Source: Solirubrobacterales bacterium
GTDB lineage: Bacteria; Actinomycetota; Thermoleophilia; Solirubrobacterales; 70-9
Reading direction: 5' to 3'
Assembly: GCA_036277955.1 (NCBI GenBank)
Contig: DASULV010000008.1
Location: 320 to 64,319, forward strand
DNA: 64,000 nt
Shown here in pieces: positions 37,750 to 46,233 of this stretch. A program made the position numbers and the translations under genes. The notes beneath the pieces are model-generated. The model searched no databases and was not told the origin of the DNA. It saw nothing but the letters and a program-made list of their open reading frames with translations. Positions within the stretch are counted from its first letter, which is position 1. Every line of letters begins with the position of its first letter.

Positions 37750-38406
37750 CTAGGCGGTCGGAACGACGGGCGCGATGACCTTGACCTGGCCGTGCATGAA
37801 CGGGTGGACGGCGCAGATGAAGTAGAGCGTGGTGCCTGCTTCAGCCGTCACTTCCTGCGTGACGCTGGTCCCGGTTTTCTTTTCGCCGGTGAACCAGGAG
37901 TCGCCCTTCTTGCCGGTGGCATCGCCCATCGTGCTCCAGCCGGCGGGACCGGCCTTGACGAGCGGGGTGCTGATCCTTTCGGTCTTCGGGTTGAACCCGT
38001 GCCATTTGGCGATCGCCAGGCAGATGTGTTTAGGCGTAAAGCAGCCTTTCTGGGCCTTCGGCGTCTTCGGGACCGAGCCTTTGGTGACCAGCGAGAAGGT
38101 GTGCGGGCCGACCTGTTTCGGGTTGGTCTTGTTGAGGACCTGCAGCTGGTCGCCGACGGTGACGGTTTCCGGGGCGACGAATTTGAGCTTGCCCTTGACT
38201 ATCGACATCGTGATGACGTCGGTGTTCCCGGTCGGCGTGACCGTCGCTTCGGCGGCGCCGGCCAGGCTCGAGCTGCCGAGGACTACGGTGAGCGCGGCCG
38301 CCGGGACCGCGATGGCCAGGGCCCGGAGACGGGCGCGGCGTGAAAGCTTGCTGTGCAAAGCGTGCCTTTCTATTGAGAAGTAAAACGATTCCCTGAGAGG
38401 CTCCAA
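37750..38406 (-). CDS. cupredoxin (type-1 copper) domain protein, secreted
   Basis: C-terminal YFICAVHPFMHG (Cys/His/Met ligands) and an SRRARLRALAIAV signal. TTG 38406 has GGAGAGGG upstream. An alternative TTG at 38358 has GAAAGG upstream. Confidence 0.75.
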   Translation of the reverse strand: MEPLRESFYFSIERHALHSKLSRRARLRALAIAVPAAALTVVLGSSSLAGAAEATVTPTGNTDVITMSIVKGKLKFVAPETVTVGDQLQVLNKTNPKQVGPHTFSLVTKGSVPKTPKAQKGCFTPKHICLAIAKWHGFNPKTERISTPLVKAGPAGWSTMGDATGKKGDSWFTGEKKTGTSVTQEVTAEAGTTLYFICAVHPFMHGQVKVIAPVVPTA

Positions 38407-38423
38407 GGGTACCCTCTCCGACG

Positions 38424-38804
38424 GTGGCTACGTTCCTCCACACCTGCTATCGGATCGGGAATATTGACCGCTCGGTCGCCTTCTACGAGAAGCTCGGCTT
38501 CGAGGAGGTACGGCGGATGCCGATCGGTGACGAGGCGATCAACGTCTTCATGGCCCTACCCGGCGAAGACCCCCGCCTCGAGCTCACCTACAACCACGGC
38601 GTCACCGGCTACGAGCACGGCACCGGCTACAACCACATCGCCCTGCTCGTCGACGGCGATCTCGACGACACCCTCGCCCAACTGGCCGAGCTCGGCATCG
38701 AGCCCGAAAAGCCCCCCTACCGCCCCGGCGGCCGCACCGAGGGCCACCGCATCTGCTTCGTCCGCGACCCGGACGGCTACCGGATCGAGCTGATCGGGGA
38801 GTAG
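38424..38804 (+). CDS. gloA: lactoylglutathione lyase (glyoxalase I, VOC family)
   Basis: FLHTCYRIGNIDRSVAFYEKLGF...ELTYNHG...GYNHIAL...GYRIELI. GTG start with no visible SD, so possibly leaderless. Confidence 0.85.
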   Translation: MATFLHTCYRIGNIDRSVAFYEKLGFEEVRRMPIGDEAINVFMALPGEDPRLELTYNHGVTGYEHGTGYNHIALLVDGDLDDTLAQLAELGIEPEKPPYRPGGRTEGHRICFVRDPDGYRIELIGE

Positions 38805-38863
38805 ATCAGCGACTCCGAGATCGGGTGCCCCTAGCTAGAGGGACCTTGAGTTCGGAGCGGCGA

Positions 38864-39709
38864 TCAGCCGGGCAGTCTCAGTTGGTCCAGCTCCTCGGGA
38901 GCGACGATCGAAAGTCGAATCCCGTCGCTGGATTCGGCAAACGTTCTTTCGACCTTCCCCTTCCTCGCATCGTCGAACGCCTCCGCGGTAACGATGATCA
39001 ACCATCCGATAGCCCAGTTCTCATAGCGATCGACTGCCGATTGGAGCTGCCGGCTCCCCTCGCGAACCCGCCTCTCCCACTCGACAATCCCTCGACGCAG
39101 GTACTTGATCTCCACCACGATGTCTGGGAGCTGATCGATCTTGCTGATAAGCAAGCCGTCCAGGAGGAGACGACCGTCGGCGTGGGCGACCACCACCTGG
39201 GATTGAAGCTCATATACCGGGGGAGAGATCGTCGCCAACCGCGCGAGCACGGCTTCCTCTGCGTGTGCCGCCTCTTGCATGAGCGCCTCCCGATTCGTCG
39301 CCCCCTCCCCTCCATCGACCTCCTCCCGCAGCCGCTCCCTGCGCTCCTCGGAGCTTTGCGGTCGGACCTCGGCCCGCAGCTTGTCCAGCTCCATCGTCCG
39401 ACGTTCCTCGTCCGACTGCTCTTGGTTCCAGAGGCGAGGGACCCCGCATCCGAGCAGACCAACTCCCACGACCAAGAACGCCAATCCGACATAAGGCGCA
39501 GCCCTGCCTGCGTCGGCCGCAACTTCCTGCCGCCGCTCCAGCTCCTTTGCCGCCGTCGGAGTCGCTTCGGCAAGTTCCTTCCGCGAGATCGTGAGGACCC
39601 CGGTATCCCGCAGCACCAACCCGGGGACTACGAACGCTGCCACCAAGAAAAAGGCGCCCGCCGATATCAACAGCCTCGTGAAGCTTTGTGAATCGGGGCG
39701 AGGCGTCAC
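38864..39709 (-). CDS. hypothetical 2-TM protein with charged coiled-coil and PD-(D/E)xK-like C-terminal domain
   Basis: TM1 LLISAGAFFLVAAFVVPGLVL, TM2 YVGLAFLVVGVGLLGCGV, and an E/R-rich linker. The C-terminal pattern AEEAVL...DGRLLLDGLLIS...PDIVVEIKY...WLIIVT fits a nuclease-fold core. Local GC dip: hand count 34/60 at 38941-39000. Confidence 0.55.
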   Translation of the reverse strand: MTPRPDSQSFTRLLISAGAFFLVAAFVVPGLVLRDTGVLTISRKELAEATPTAAKELERRQEVAADAGRAAPYVGLAFLVVGVGLLGCGVPRLWNQEQSDEERRTMELDKLRAEVRPQSSEERRERLREEVDGGEGATNREALMQEAAHAEEAVLARLATISPPVYELQSQVVVAHADGRLLLDGLLISKIDQLPDIVVEIKYLRRGIVEWERRVREGSRQLQSAVDRYENWAIGWLIIVTAEAFDDARKGKVERTFAESSDGIRLSIVAPEELDQLRLPG

Positions 39710-39804
39710 CCGCAGAGCCTTTCAGCCCCGGATGACGCCACCGATTTTTCGCCTCTCCGAGATCGTGGGGGCTATAGCCCCTAAAAATTCGGAACGACTA
39801 CGAC

Positions 39805-41940
39805 TCAGCCGGGGCTGATGCCGCCGCCGGAGGAGGGGGCGGGAGCAGGAGCGGCTTCCGGCGTGGGTTCGGGTTCCGGGGCCGGAGCTTCTTCTTCGGC
39901 GGCTTCGTCGTTTTCGGGCTTGTCTTTGCCCTGCGATTCGTCGCTTTCTTCTTCTTCGTATTCGCCTTCGTAGCTTTCTTCTTCTTCGTAGCTGTTATAG
40001 CCCGAGGAAGAGGTGTGTTCGCTGTCGAGGCCTTCGAGGTCGGGTTCGGCAGCAGCTTCGAATTCGGGGCAGTTGCCTTCCTGGGCGGCCGACATGTAGG
40101 ACTGCCAGATCGGGCCGGCGGTCGGGCCGCCGAAGCCGGTGTATTCGCGTGAAGTCGGGTGGCCGACCCAGACCGCGGTGGAGAACATCGGCGTGTAGCC
40201 GACGAACCAGGCGTCGGAGAGCTCCTCGGAGGTGCCGGTCTTGCCGGCCTCCGAGCTGCAGCCCATGTCGGTGTAGCCGGCGCCGGTGCCCTGGGTGATC
40301 ACGCCCTCGAGGACCCGGGTCACCTCGTAGGCCTCGCCCGGCGTCAGCACCCGTTCGCCCTTGTCCTTCTCGAAGTCGTCGACCTTGCCGTTGGGGAACT
40401 CGACGCGGCTGACCGCGGTGGCGTCGTGGTGGATGCCGCCGTTGGCGAGGGTCGCGTAGGCGTCGGCCATTTCCAGCGGCGTGACGCCGATCGCGAGACC
40501 GCCGATCCCCTCCGCCGGCACCGACTGCAGCGGCGCCTCGATCCCCATTTCGTGGGCGGTCTTGGTCACTTCTTCGGGCCCGACGTCGAGGTCGAGCTGG
40601 GCGAAGACGACGTTGACCGAGGCCCAGGTCGCGCTTTCGAGGTCATAGGTCCCACCCCCCTCTCCCTCGGAGTTGTTGACGGTCCAGGTGCCGCCGCCGG
40701 GAATCTCCAAGGTCTTCGGCGAGGTGCCGTCGTAATAGGTCGTGGCCGGGTCGATCCCCTCCCTGACCGCGGTGGTGAGCACGAACGTCTTGAACGACGA
40801 GCCCGGCTGGCGGTGCGCCTGCCAGGCGTAGTTGAACTGCGATTCGTCGGCGTAGCCTTCGGTTGAGGCGAGGGCGACGATCGCGCCGGTGTCGGGTTCG
40901 ACCGAGGCGAGACCGGCGGCGGGACCGCCTTCGGGGTAACAGACGAAGCAGTAGTTTTCGACCGCTTCTTCAGCCTTCTGCTGCAGGTCGGGGTCGATCG
41001 TCGTATACGCCTTGAGGCCGCCTTTGCGGACGGTGTTGATCCCGTACTTGTCGATCAGTTCGTTCTGGACCATGTCGAACAGGAACGGGTCCTTGATCAC
41101 CTGGTACTTGTCGCCGGGGTCGAGGCCGAGGCCGCGGGTTTTCGCTTCGCGGTATTCGTCGCCGGTGATGTAGCCCTGTTCCTGCATCACCAGCAGCACC
41201 TCGTTGCGCCGCTTCAACGCCGCCTTCGGGTCGAGGAAGGGGTTGTATTCAGAGGGCGCCTGGGGCAACCCGGCGAGCAGCGCCGCCTGGACCAGGTTGA
41301 GCTGTTTGGCCGGCTTGCTGAAGTAGGTCTGCGAGGCCGCCTCGGCGCCGACCGCGGTCTGCCCTTCGACCGTCCCGTACGGCGCGCTGTTGAGGTATTG
41401 GGTGAGGATCCATTCCTTGCCGTGGGCTTCCTCGAGCTCGACCGCCAGATGCGCTTCGATCAGCTTTCGCTTCAGCGTGTTTTCCGGGTTGTGGATGTAG
41501 AGGTTGCGGACCAGCTGCTGGGTGATCGTCGAGGCGCCCTGGACCGGCTTGCCGCCCGCCTGGAGGTCCTTCCAGGCGGCGCGGGCGATGCCCTCGTAGT
41601 CGAGGGCGCCGTGCTGGAAGAAGTTCTTGTCCTCGATCGCGATCGTCGCGTCGCGCAGGACCTGCGGGATCGCTTTGGCCGGCAGCGGCTGGCGCACGTT
41701 TTCGGAGCGGATGAAGCCGATCAGGCTGCCGTCGGCGGCGTAGATCGCCGAGGAGCGGCCCTTCTGGACCGGCTTCAGGGAGCTCAGCGGCGGCGCCGAG
41801 TTGTAGATGTTGAGCGCCCAGGCGGCCGCGATGCCCCCGGCCACCGCCACAAGCGCAGCGATGATCCCCAGCGGGATCGCGATCTTGTGCCAGATGGGAT
41901 GGTGCGGCTTGCGTCGCCGCCTGCGGACCCGCGTCGCCAT
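39805..41940 (-). CDS. class A penicillin-binding protein (transglycosylase/transpeptidase, PBP1A-type)
   Basis: GT51 motifs EDKNFFQHGALD and STITQQL. Transpeptidase motifs SSFK and KTGTS. Acidic low-complexity tail. Start is ATG 41940 or GTG 41976. Confidence 0.9.
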   Translation of the reverse strand: MATRVRRRRRKPHHPIWHKIAIPLGIIAALVAVAGGIAAAWALNIYNSAPPLSSLKPVQKGRSSAIYAADGSLIGFIRSENVRQPLPAKAIPQVLRDATIAIEDKNFFQHGALDYEGIARAAWKDLQAGGKPVQGASTITQQLVRNLYIHNPENTLKRKLIEAHLAVELEEAHGKEWILTQYLNSAPYGTVEGQTAVGAEAASQTYFSKPAKQLNLVQAALLAGLPQAPSEYNPFLDPKAALKRRNEVLLVMQEQGYITGDEYREAKTRGLGLDPGDKYQVIKDPFLFDMVQNELIDKYGINTVRKGGLKAYTTIDPDLQQKAEEAVENYCFVCYPEGGPAAGLASVEPDTGAIVALASTEGYADESQFNYAWQAHRQPGSSFKTFVLTTAVREGIDPATTYYDGTSPKTLEIPGGGTWTVNNSEGEGGGTYDLESATWASVNVVFAQLDLDVGPEEVTKTAHEMGIEAPLQSVPAEGIGGLAIGVTPLEMADAYATLANGGIHHDATAVSRVEFPNGKVDDFEKDKGERVLTPGEAYEVTRVLEGVITQGTGAGYTDMGCSSEAGKTGTSEELSDAWFVGYTPMFSTAVWVGHPTSREYTGFGGPTAGPIWQSYMSAAQEGNCPEFEAAAEPDLEGLDSEHTSSSGYNSYEEEESYEGEYEEEESDESQGKDKPENDEAAEEEAPAPEPEPTPEAAPAPAPSSGGGISPG

Positions 41941-42059
41941 GCGTAGCGGATTGTAGGGAGGCGCCGGTCTCGGCACTCGCGGGTACTTGAGCCCGCAAGC
42001 CCGCTTGCCATCCCGATAGGCTCGCGCCCGCAGGCGGCACCTACGGGAGAGGAACAGAC

Positions 42060-42413
42060 GTGAAACTAGTAATCGGGATCGTTCGCCCCGAGCAGGCGAA
42101 CCAGGTCCTAGAGGCGCTTCACCGGGCGGAGGTCCGCGGGTTCTCGATGAGCCGGGTCCAAGGACACGGCGGCGAGGTCGAGCGGGTTGAGACCTACCGC
42201 GGGACGACCGTGCAGATGGGCCTGTCCGAGAAGGTCAGGTTCGAGGTCGCGGTCTCGGACTCGTTCGTCGACAAAGCCGTGGCGGCGATCTGCGAGGGCG
42301 GCCGGACCGGCGAAGTCGGCGACGGCAAGATCTTCGTCGTCCCGCTCGACCACGCGGTGCGGATCCGCACCGGCGACACCGACGAAGGCGCCGTGACGCC
42401 GGTGAGCCGATGA
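42060..42413 (+). CDS. P-II family nitrogen regulatory protein (GlnB/GlnK)
   Basis: 117 aa. P-II fold pattern VIGIVRPEQANQVLEAL...GDGKIFVVPLDHAVRIRTG. GTG start with GGGAGAGGAA upstream. Confidence 0.85.
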   Translation: MKLVIGIVRPEQANQVLEALHRAEVRGFSMSRVQGHGGEVERVETYRGTTVQMGLSEKVRFEVAVSDSFVDKAVAAICEGGRTGEVGDGKIFVVPLDHAVRIRTGDTDEGAVTPVSR

Positions 42414-43696
42414 ACGCCGGGATCGACACGGGCGACACCGCCTGGATGCTGGTCGCGACCGCGCTGGTGCTGATGATGACGCCGGCGCTGGGCCTCTTCT
42501 ACGCGGGGCTGGTGCGCTCGAAGAACACGCTCAACACCTTCATGATGAGCATCGCCGCGATCGCCGTAGCCGCGGTCACCTGGGCGGCGGTCGGCTACTC
42601 GCTCGCCTTCGATGGCGACGGCGCCATCCTCGGCGGCCTCGGCAACGCCTTCATGCAAGGCGTCGACTTCGCCCCGCGAGAAGGCACGACGATCCCCGAG
42701 CTCGTCTTCTTCGCCTTCCAGGCGACCTTCTGCATCATCACCGTGGCGCTGATCTCCGGCGCCGTGGTCGAGCGGATGCGCTTCGGCGCCTTCCTCGTCT
42801 TCGCGGCCCTGTGGTCGGTGCTCGTCTACGCCGTCCTCGCCCACTGGGCGTTCGGCGGCGGCTGGCTGATCTCCGGCGGCACCCTCGACTTCGCCGGCGG
42901 CGTCCCGGTCGAGATGGCCTCAGGCTTCTCGGCGCTGGCGGCGGCGCTGGTCGTCGGCGCGCGCAAAGACTACGGTCGCCAGGCGCTCCTCCCCCACAAC
43001 GCGGTCTACGTGCTGCTCGGGGCGGGGCTCCTGTGGTTCGGCTGGTTCGGCTTCAACGGCGGCAGCGGCTTCTCGACCGGCGAGAACAGCGTCCTCGCCT
43101 TCACCAACACGCTGCTCTGCCCGGCGACGACGCTGGTCGTCTGGTTCGCCCTCGACCTGATCCGCGGCCGCAAGGTGACCGCGATCGGCGCCGCCACCGC
43201 GATCATCGTCGGCTGCGTCCTGATCACCCCGGCGGGCGGCTACATCAGCCCCGGCTGGGCGATGCTGCTCGGCGCCCTCGGCGCCTTCCCCAGCTACGGG
43301 ATCATCGTCTGGCGCACGCGGACCCGGGTCGACGAGACCCTCGACGTCCTCGCCGCCCACGGCACCGCCGGCTTCTTCGGGATCCTCTTCATCGGCTTCT
43401 TCGCCCAGGCGAGCTGGAACGGGGTCTCCGACGGGCTGCTCTACGGCAACTTCGACCAGCTGGTCGACCAGGTGCTGGCGGCGCTGGCGGCTCCGGCCTA
43501 CGCGTTCACCGCCACCTTCGTGCTGCTGAAGCTGATCGGCGCGGTGATGCCGCTGCGGGCGAGCGACCGCGAGGAGGCGATGGGCATGGACGTCGTCCAG
43601 CACGGCGAGGAGGCCTACGTCACCGGCGAGGGGGCGATCCTGCTGCTGCCCGACGACGTCGGCAAAACCGCGGTGCCGGTCGCCGACCCTGGTTAG
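42410..43696 (+). CDS. amt: ammonium transporter
   Basis: DTAWMLVATALVLMMTPALGLFYAGL, FAGGVPVEMASGFSALA and AAHGTAGFFG motifs. The start overlaps the P-II stop. Confidence 0.95.
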   Translation: MNAGIDTGDTAWMLVATALVLMMTPALGLFYAGLVRSKNTLNTFMMSIAAIAVAAVTWAAVGYSLAFDGDGAILGGLGNAFMQGVDFAPREGTTIPELVFFAFQATFCIITVALISGAVVERMRFGAFLVFAALWSVLVYAVLAHWAFGGGWLISGGTLDFAGGVPVEMASGFSALAAALVVGARKDYGRQALLPHNAVYVLLGAGLLWFGWFGFNGGSGFSTGENSVLAFTNTLLCPATTLVVWFALDLIRGRKVTAIGAATAIIVGCVLITPAGGYISPGWAMLLGALGAFPSYGIIVWRTRTRVDETLDVLAAHGTAGFFGILFIGFFAQASWNGVSDGLLYGNFDQLVDQVLAALAAPAYAFTATFVLLKLIGAVMPLRASDREEAMGMDVVQHGEEAYVTGEGAILLLPDDVGKTAVPVADPG

Positions 43697-43717
43697 GGGG
43701 ATGGTCGGCGAATAAGC

Positions 43718-43768
43718 CGAACTGCATCAACTTGATCACCCAGCAGATGATCAAGTTGATGCAGTTCG
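43718..43768. repeat. 51-nt palindromic REP-like element, copy 2 (21-bp stem)
   Basis: Same sequence as 13915-13965 except for 3 substitutions that extend the stem via TGATCA/TGATCA. It lies between the convergent amt stop (43696) and the ABC-2 permease stop (43769). Confidence 0.85.
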
Positions 43769-44536
43769 CTACGCGCGGAGGCGGTAGCCGCGGCTGAAGA
43801 GGCGGAGGTTGAAGAGGAAGAGGGCGGTGGTCGCTGCGGTGAGGGCCAGCAGCGAGAGGGCGATGCTGACTTCGGTGAAGCCGACGAAGCCGTAGCGGAC
43901 CAGGTTGATCATGTAGAAGATCGGGTCGAAGCGGGTGAGGGTCTCGAACGGCTGCGGCAGCAGGGCGGCCGAGTAGAAGACGCCGCCGAGGAAGATCAGC
44001 GGCTGCAGGACGAAGGTCTGGGCGAAGGCGACGTCGTCGAACTGTTCGGCACGGACTCCGATCAGCACCCCGAGCTGGCTGAAGAAGAAGCCGACCAGCG
44101 CCAGCGAGGGGATGAGGACGAGGACGTGGTCGACCGGAAGGCCGACCAGGATCACCGAGACGAGGAAGGTGAGGAAGGCCACCGTCAGCCCGCGCATGAA
44201 GCCGCCGAGCGAGAAGGCGAGCAGCAGCTCGGCCGGCGAGGCGGGCGAGGAGAGCTGGTCCTGGATCGCGCCCTGGAACTTCTGCTGGAGGATCGACGAG
44301 GAGTTATTCGAGAAGGCGTTGGTCGAGAAGGCCATCATGATCAACCCGGGGATCACGAAGAGGATGTAGTCGATCCCGTGCAGGTGCTTGATCCGCGAGC
44401 CCAGGGCGGCGCCGAAGACGGTGATGTAGAGGAACGTTTCCAGCATCGGCGCGCCGATCGTCTGCTTCTTGATCTTCAGGAAGCGGTTGCACTCGCGGCG
44501 CCAGAGCGTGGCGAAACGGATCTGTGCGGCGCTCAT
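43769..44536 (-). CDS. ABC-2 type transporter permease
   Basis: Start ATG 44536 (MSAAQIRF) overlaps the ATPase stop. Six TM segments. The upstream part of track ORF 43769..45604 is out-of-frame artefact. Confidence 0.85.
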   Translation of the reverse strand: MSAAQIRFATLWRRECNRFLKIKKQTIGAPMLETFLYITVFGAALGSRIKHLHGIDYILFVIPGLIMMAFSTNAFSNNSSSILQQKFQGAIQDQLSSPASPAELLLAFSLGGFMRGLTVAFLTFLVSVILVGLPVDHVLVLIPSLALVGFFFSQLGVLIGVRAEQFDDVAFAQTFVLQPLIFLGGVFYSAALLPQPFETLTRFDPIFYMINLVRYGFVGFTEVSIALSLLALTAATTALFLFNLRLFSRGYRLRA

Positions 44537-45309
44537 GCCTCGACCTCGTCGGTCGTGAGCTCGATATGCGAGCGAGAGAGCTCTTTGCGGCCGACCAGGG
44601 CCAGATAGGCGTCCTCGAGGTTCGGCACGTCGAAGCGTTCGGCCAGGGCCTCGCTGGTGCCCTCGGCGACGATCTGCCCGTCGGCGATGAAGGCGATCCG
44701 GTCGCAGAGCTGCTCGGCCTCCTCCAGGTAATGCGTGGTGAGGAGGATCGTCGTCCCCTCCTGGTTGATTTTCTGGACGTAGTGCCAGAGCTCGAGGCGC
44801 AGCTCGACGTCGACGCCCGCGGTGGGCTCGTCGAGGATCAGCAGCTGCGGCCGGTGCATGATCGCCCGGGCCAGGATCAGCCGCCGTTTCATCCCGCCCG
44901 AGAGGGTGCGGGTGCGTTCGTCGCGCTTCTCGGTCAACGAGAAGGTCTCCAGCAGCTCCTTGGCCCGATCGCGGCGCTCGCGCTTGGGCATCCCGAAGTA
45001 GCCGGCGTGGTAGTCGAGCGTCTCCTCGACGGTGAGGAACCAGTCGAGGTTCGGCTCCTGCGGAGCGAGGCCGACCGCCTGGCGGGCCTCGGCGTAGTTC
45101 TCGATCGCGTCGTGGCCGAAGATCTCGATCGTGCCGCCGGTCGGCTGGGCGAGGCCGGTGGTGCAGTGGATCAGGGTCGACTTGCCCGCTCCGTTGGGCC
45201 CGAGGAGCCCGTAGATGGCGCCGGGCTCGATGTCGATCGAGACGCCGCGCAGCGCCTCGACCCCGGTCGGGTAGCGCTTCTGCAGGTTGTCGATGTGGAG
45301 GGCCTTCAT
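44533..45309 (-). CDS. ABC transporter ATP-binding protein
   Basis: Walker A GPNGAGKST, signature LSGGMKRRL, Walker B LLILDEPTAGVD. Confidence 0.9.
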   Translation of the reverse strand: MKALHIDNLQKRYPTGVEALRGVSIDIEPGAIYGLLGPNGAGKSTLIHCTTGLAQPTGGTIEIFGHDAIENYAEARQAVGLAPQEPNLDWFLTVEETLDYHAGYFGMPKRERRDRAKELLETFSLTEKRDERTRTLSGGMKRRLILARAIMHRPQLLILDEPTAGVDVELRLELWHYVQKINQEGTTILLTTHYLEEAEQLCDRIAFIADGQIVAEGTSEALAERFDVPNLEDAYLALVGRKELSRSHIELTTDEVEA

Positions 45310-45340
45310 GCGGAGACCAATCTAGCCATAGGCTGCCCTC

Positions 45341-46216
45341 GTGCCCGCGCCGCTGCTTGCCGTCGATGCCCCCTCGATGCTCTTCCGCGCCTACTACGCG
45401 CTGCCGAAGACGATCACGGGGCCGGACGGGCGGCCGGTGAACGCGCTGCTGGGAACCGCGAACCTGATCCTGCGGGAGGTCGAAGTGCACGAGCCGCGGG
45501 CGGTGGTGCTCTGCTTCGGGCCGGACGCGGCCGCCTACCGGACCGAGCTGTATCCGGCCTACCACGCCGAGCGCGAGGCGGCGATGCCGGACGAGCTGCC
45601 GCACCAGTTCGCCGACTCGCGGCCGTTCTTCGAGGCCTTCGGCTGGACGGTGACGACGGCCGAGGACCTCGAGGCCGACGACCTGCTCGGGACCTACGCG
45701 CGGCTGGAGGCCGAGGCGGGCGGGCGGGCGCTGCTGCTGACCGGCGACCGCGACATGTACCAGTGCGCCGAGGAGAACGTGACCGTGCTCTACGTGAAAA
45801 CCGGCGGCGGCAAAGGCGCCGAAGAGGTCGGCCCGGCGGAGGTGCGCGAGCGCTACGGCATCGACCCGGCGCTGGTCCCGGACTTCATCGCCCTGCGCGG
45901 CGACCCCTCCGACGGCTTGCCGGGAGCCAAGGGCGTCGGGCCGAAGACGGCGGCGGAGCTACTGCGCCGGCACGGCTCGCTGGAGGCAATCCTCGACAGC
46001 GCGATCCGCGAGCGCCGCCCGGCGCTGCGGGCGGCGCTGATCGAGGGCCGCGAGGACCTGCTCGCCTTCAAGGACATCGCGACGCTCCGCGACGCCAAGG
46101 TGAAGCGGCCGAAGGACGCGCCGACGGATTGGCACGGCGCGGCGGTCGCGGCGCGGGAGCGGGGGATGAAAAGGCTCGCGGAGCGCCTCGAAGGCGCAGC
46201 CGGCGAACGCGCTTAA
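45341..46216 (+). CDS. 5-prime-3-prime exonuclease (FEN / Pol I N-terminal domain-like)
   Basis: Acidic metal-site residues (LLAVDAPSMLFRAYYA, EADDLLGT, LTGDRDMYQ) and the H3TH motif GLPGAKGVGPKTAAELL. Confidence 0.85.
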   Translation: MPAPLLAVDAPSMLFRAYYALPKTITGPDGRPVNALLGTANLILREVEVHEPRAVVLCFGPDAAAYRTELYPAYHAEREAAMPDELPHQFADSRPFFEAFGWTVTTAEDLEADDLLGTYARLEAEAGGRALLLTGDRDMYQCAEENVTVLYVKTGGGKGAEEVGPAEVRERYGIDPALVPDFIALRGDPSDGLPGAKGVGPKTAAELLRRHGSLEAILDSAIRERRPALRAALIEGREDLLAFKDIATLRDAKVKRPKDAPTDWHGAAVAARERGMKRLAERLEGAAGERA

Positions 46217-46233
46217 ACTCCACCACCACCCAG

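Noticed and set aside
38825-39691. 288-aa plus-strand ORF antisense to the 2-TM nuclease-like gene
   Set aside because: It is Pro/Arg/Leu-rich with no TM or domain-like pattern. The minus-strand product has sensible TM helices, a charged linker and a folded-domain pattern, so I call the minus strand, with only moderate confidence.
39768-39781. Palindrome GGGGCTATAGCCCC downstream of the PBP gene as an intrinsic terminator
   Set aside because: It is a short 5-bp stem with a 4-nt loop and no U-tract on the transcribed (minus) strand. The evidence is insufficient.
44524-46233. Upstream 570 codons of the 1103-aa ORF 44524..47835
   Set aside because: This part is antisense to the ABC ATPase and out of frame with the 5-prime-3-prime exonuclease. 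Only the part from ATG 46234, which has a signal peptide, looks like a real protein.
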